A DNA stretch of 32,508 nucleotides from the sequence record DRR378314_1023; one strand, 5' to 3'. Every line of letters starts with the position of its first letter. Position 1 is the stretch's first letter. This document shows positions 32,136 through 32,508 of this stretch, in pieces. The notes beneath the pieces were generated by a model that had not been told where the DNA came from, made no database searches, and saw nothing but the letters and a program-made list of their open reading frames with translations. The position numbers and the translations under genes are program-made.

Positions 32136-32508
32136 ATGCATGATAAAACCGTAACGCAGCTTGCCGCCGCCCTGAAAAGCGGTGAGCTTTCCAGCCGAGA
32201 GCTGACTTCACACTTTTTACAGCGTATCGAGCAAGCTGATGGCACGCTCAATAGCTTTATTACTGTCACCGCCGAGCAAGCACTTAATCAGGCAGAAGCT
32301 GCCGACAATGCGCGTGCTGCAGGCAAGGCTGGCAAGCTAACAGGCATTCCCTTCGCGCTGAAAGATATCTTTTGTACGCAAGGGGTGAAGACCAGCTGCG
32401 GTTCAAAAATGCTCGATAACTTTATCGCGCCTTACAATGCCACCGTGGTAGAGAAACTCAACGCTGCTGGCACCATTAGCCTGGGTAAAACCAACATGGA
32501 CGAGTTCG
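32136..32508 (+). CDS. gatA: Asp/Glu-tRNA amidotransferase subunit A (5' part, runs off the window)
   Basis: Not in the ORF track; manual translation gives [23 protein letters not shown]...[36 protein letters not shown], an amidase-family N-terminus; GGAG RBS. Confidence 0.95.
   Translation, partial: MHDKTVTQLAAALKSGELSSRELTSHFLQRIEQADGTLNSFITVTAEQALNQAEAADNARAAGKAGKLTGIPFALKDIFCTQGVKTSCGSKMLDNFIAPYNATVVEKLNAAGTISLGKTNMDEF

Overview
This window is a densely packed core-genome segment of a gammaproteobacterium. Protein style and gene order suggest Halomonadaceae (Halomonas/Vreelandella-like); that is an inference, not a database result. Gene order: rpsI-rplM, zapE/zapG, a Nif3-like gene, degS/algW, hisD-hisG-murA-ibaG, mlaBCDEF, kdsD-kdsC-lptCAB-rpoN-hpf-ptsN-rapZ-npr, pmbA/darP/tldD, yhdP-rng-maf-mreDCB, gatC and the 5' part of gatA. 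Every long ORF fits a known housekeeping family. I see no mobile element, CRISPR array, RNA gene, defence island or novel multi-gene system. The interesting signals are small-scale: a probable AUU start codon for mreC, a consensus sigma54 site just upstream of rpoN, a degenerate 14-bp palindromic tandem array between darP and tldD, a structured rplM leader, Ser46->Asn in NPr, a 5x15-bp in-frame repeat in YhdP, and phased repeats in the mlaF/kdsD divergent promoter. Several start codons were moved from the ORF track using RBS position and remembered family N-termini.
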